Shown piece by piece: positions 31,286-32,000 of a stretch of 32,000 bases of DNA (position 1 is the stretch's first letter; every line of letters begins with the position of its first letter). The translations under genes were made by a program, and so were the position numbers. The notes under the pieces are model-generated. The model searched no databases. It was not told where the DNA came from and saw nothing but the letters and a program-made list of their open reading frames with translations. The stretch lies in the NCBI GenBank assembly GCA_000043285.1, contig BX248583.1:360001-392000 (forward strand), read 5' to 3'. This DNA is from Candidatus Blochmanniella floridana. Lineage in GTDB: Bacteria; Pseudomonadota; Gammaproteobacteria; Enterobacterales; Enterobacteriaceae.

Positions 31286-32000
31286 ATGCCAAAAAAATTA
31301 CTAATTAATTTAGTTAAACAAGCAAAATTATCTTTAGAACAATCTAATACCATACAGGATGTAGAATCAATACGAATTCAATTTTTGGGTAAACATGGTT
31401 ATATCAATCAGCAATTAAAAAAAATAAACTCTTTAAATTGGGACAATAAATCTAAAATAGGAACAGTAATAAATCAAGTTAAATCAGATATACATCAACT
31501 ATTTTTAGAAAGAAAAAAATTAATAACACTCAAAGCTATAGAAAAATCATTAAATACAGAAAAATTAGATATCACTCTACCCGGTAGATTATCAGAAACT
31601 GGCACTATTCATCCTATAACTAACACTATAAATCGAATCAGACTTTTTTTTAATCATTTAGGATTTAAAGAAATATATGGACCAGAAATTGAAAATAGTT
31701 ATTTTAATTTCGATTCTTTAAATATTCCGAATAACCATCCTTCTCGTGATCAGCATGATACTTTTTGGTTTGATACAAACAAATTGCTTAGAACACATAC
31801 TTCTGGTATTCAAATTCGTGCTATGAAGCATATACCAATGCCAATTCAAATTATTTCTATAGGAAAAGTATATCGAAAAGATTATAATAAAGAACATACT
31901 CCTATGTTTCATCAAATAGAAGGAATGATGATTAGTTCAAATATAAATTTGACTAATTTAAAAAAAATTTTATATGATTTTTTATATAATTTTTTTGGAA
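31286..32000 (+). CDS. pheS: Phenylalanyl-tRNA synthetase alpha subunit, 3'-partial and running off the window
   Basis: My own translation from the ATG at 31286 is [14 protein letters not shown]...LPGR....G..HPIT.TI.RI..FF..LGF....GPEIE..Y.NFD.LNIP..HP.RD.HDTFWFD...LLRT.TSG.QIR.M......I..G.VYR.DY...HTPMFHQ.EG. It is colinear with E. coli PheS. The ORF is missing from the track only because no stop codon occurs before position 32000. Confidence 0.93.

Noticed and set aside
4813-31915. Ten ORFs of 65-131 aa lie antisense to, or overlap, confidently identified genes: 4813-5019, 6754-6990, 10498-10698, 13013-13264, 15701-15931, 22608-23003, 27394-27675, 29486-29716, 30503-30751 and 31718-31915.
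   Set aside because: Each lies entirely inside a strongly conserved gene on the other strand. Their low-complexity products resemble no family I know, and none has a Shine-Dalgarno sequence. They are shadow ORFs. The longest (22608-23003) sits opposite prs, the most G/C-containing gene, where antisense stops are rarer.
1-32000. An alternative genetic code (UGA read as Trp), as found in some tiny AT-rich symbiont genomes.
   Set aside because: Conserved Trp positions are TGG, for example WSPDG in tolB, WQFHP in sdhA and FWWNP in sdhB. TGA terminates sdhC and the ispE ORF at the expected gene ends. The standard bacterial code fits every gene.

Overview
This is a very AT-rich, gene-dense window of conserved housekeeping genes whose order follows blocks of the Enterobacterales chromosome. 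That pattern is typical of a reduced obligate insect endosymbiont (Blochmannia- or Wigglesworthia-like), but I cannot confirm the organism without a database search. Gene order: pgm (5' partial) | sdhCDAB-sucABCD | tolQ-tolR-tolA-tolB-pal-cpoB | pgl (-) | gpmA, ybhL | ychF, pth, prs, ispE remnant (all -) | prfA-prmC, kdsA | thrS (N-terminally truncated)-infC-rpmI-rplT-pheS (3' partial). The standard code applies: Trp is TGG and TGA is used as a stop. I found no tRNA or rRNA genes, mobile elements, CRISPR arrays, toxin or defence genes, or unexplained multi-gene cassettes, so I see no evidence for a novel biological system here. The notable signals all reflect reductive evolution. (1) A near-perfect 99-bp x 6.4 tandem array forms the middle of tolA. 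(2) thrS encodes only the catalytic core and anticodon-binding domain, with no TGS or editing domains, and sits after an 886-bp non-coding spacer. (3) ispE is inactivated by three colinear nonsense codons and a 1-nt frameshift, yet a 255-codon ORF stays open and overlaps the prs start. (4) Non-coding scars of about 0.7-0.9 kb lie where gltA and lolB/hemA sit in E. coli. (5) infC probably keeps the conserved ATT start codon. All protein identifications rest on my recollection of E. coli orthologue sequences and motifs, not on a search.
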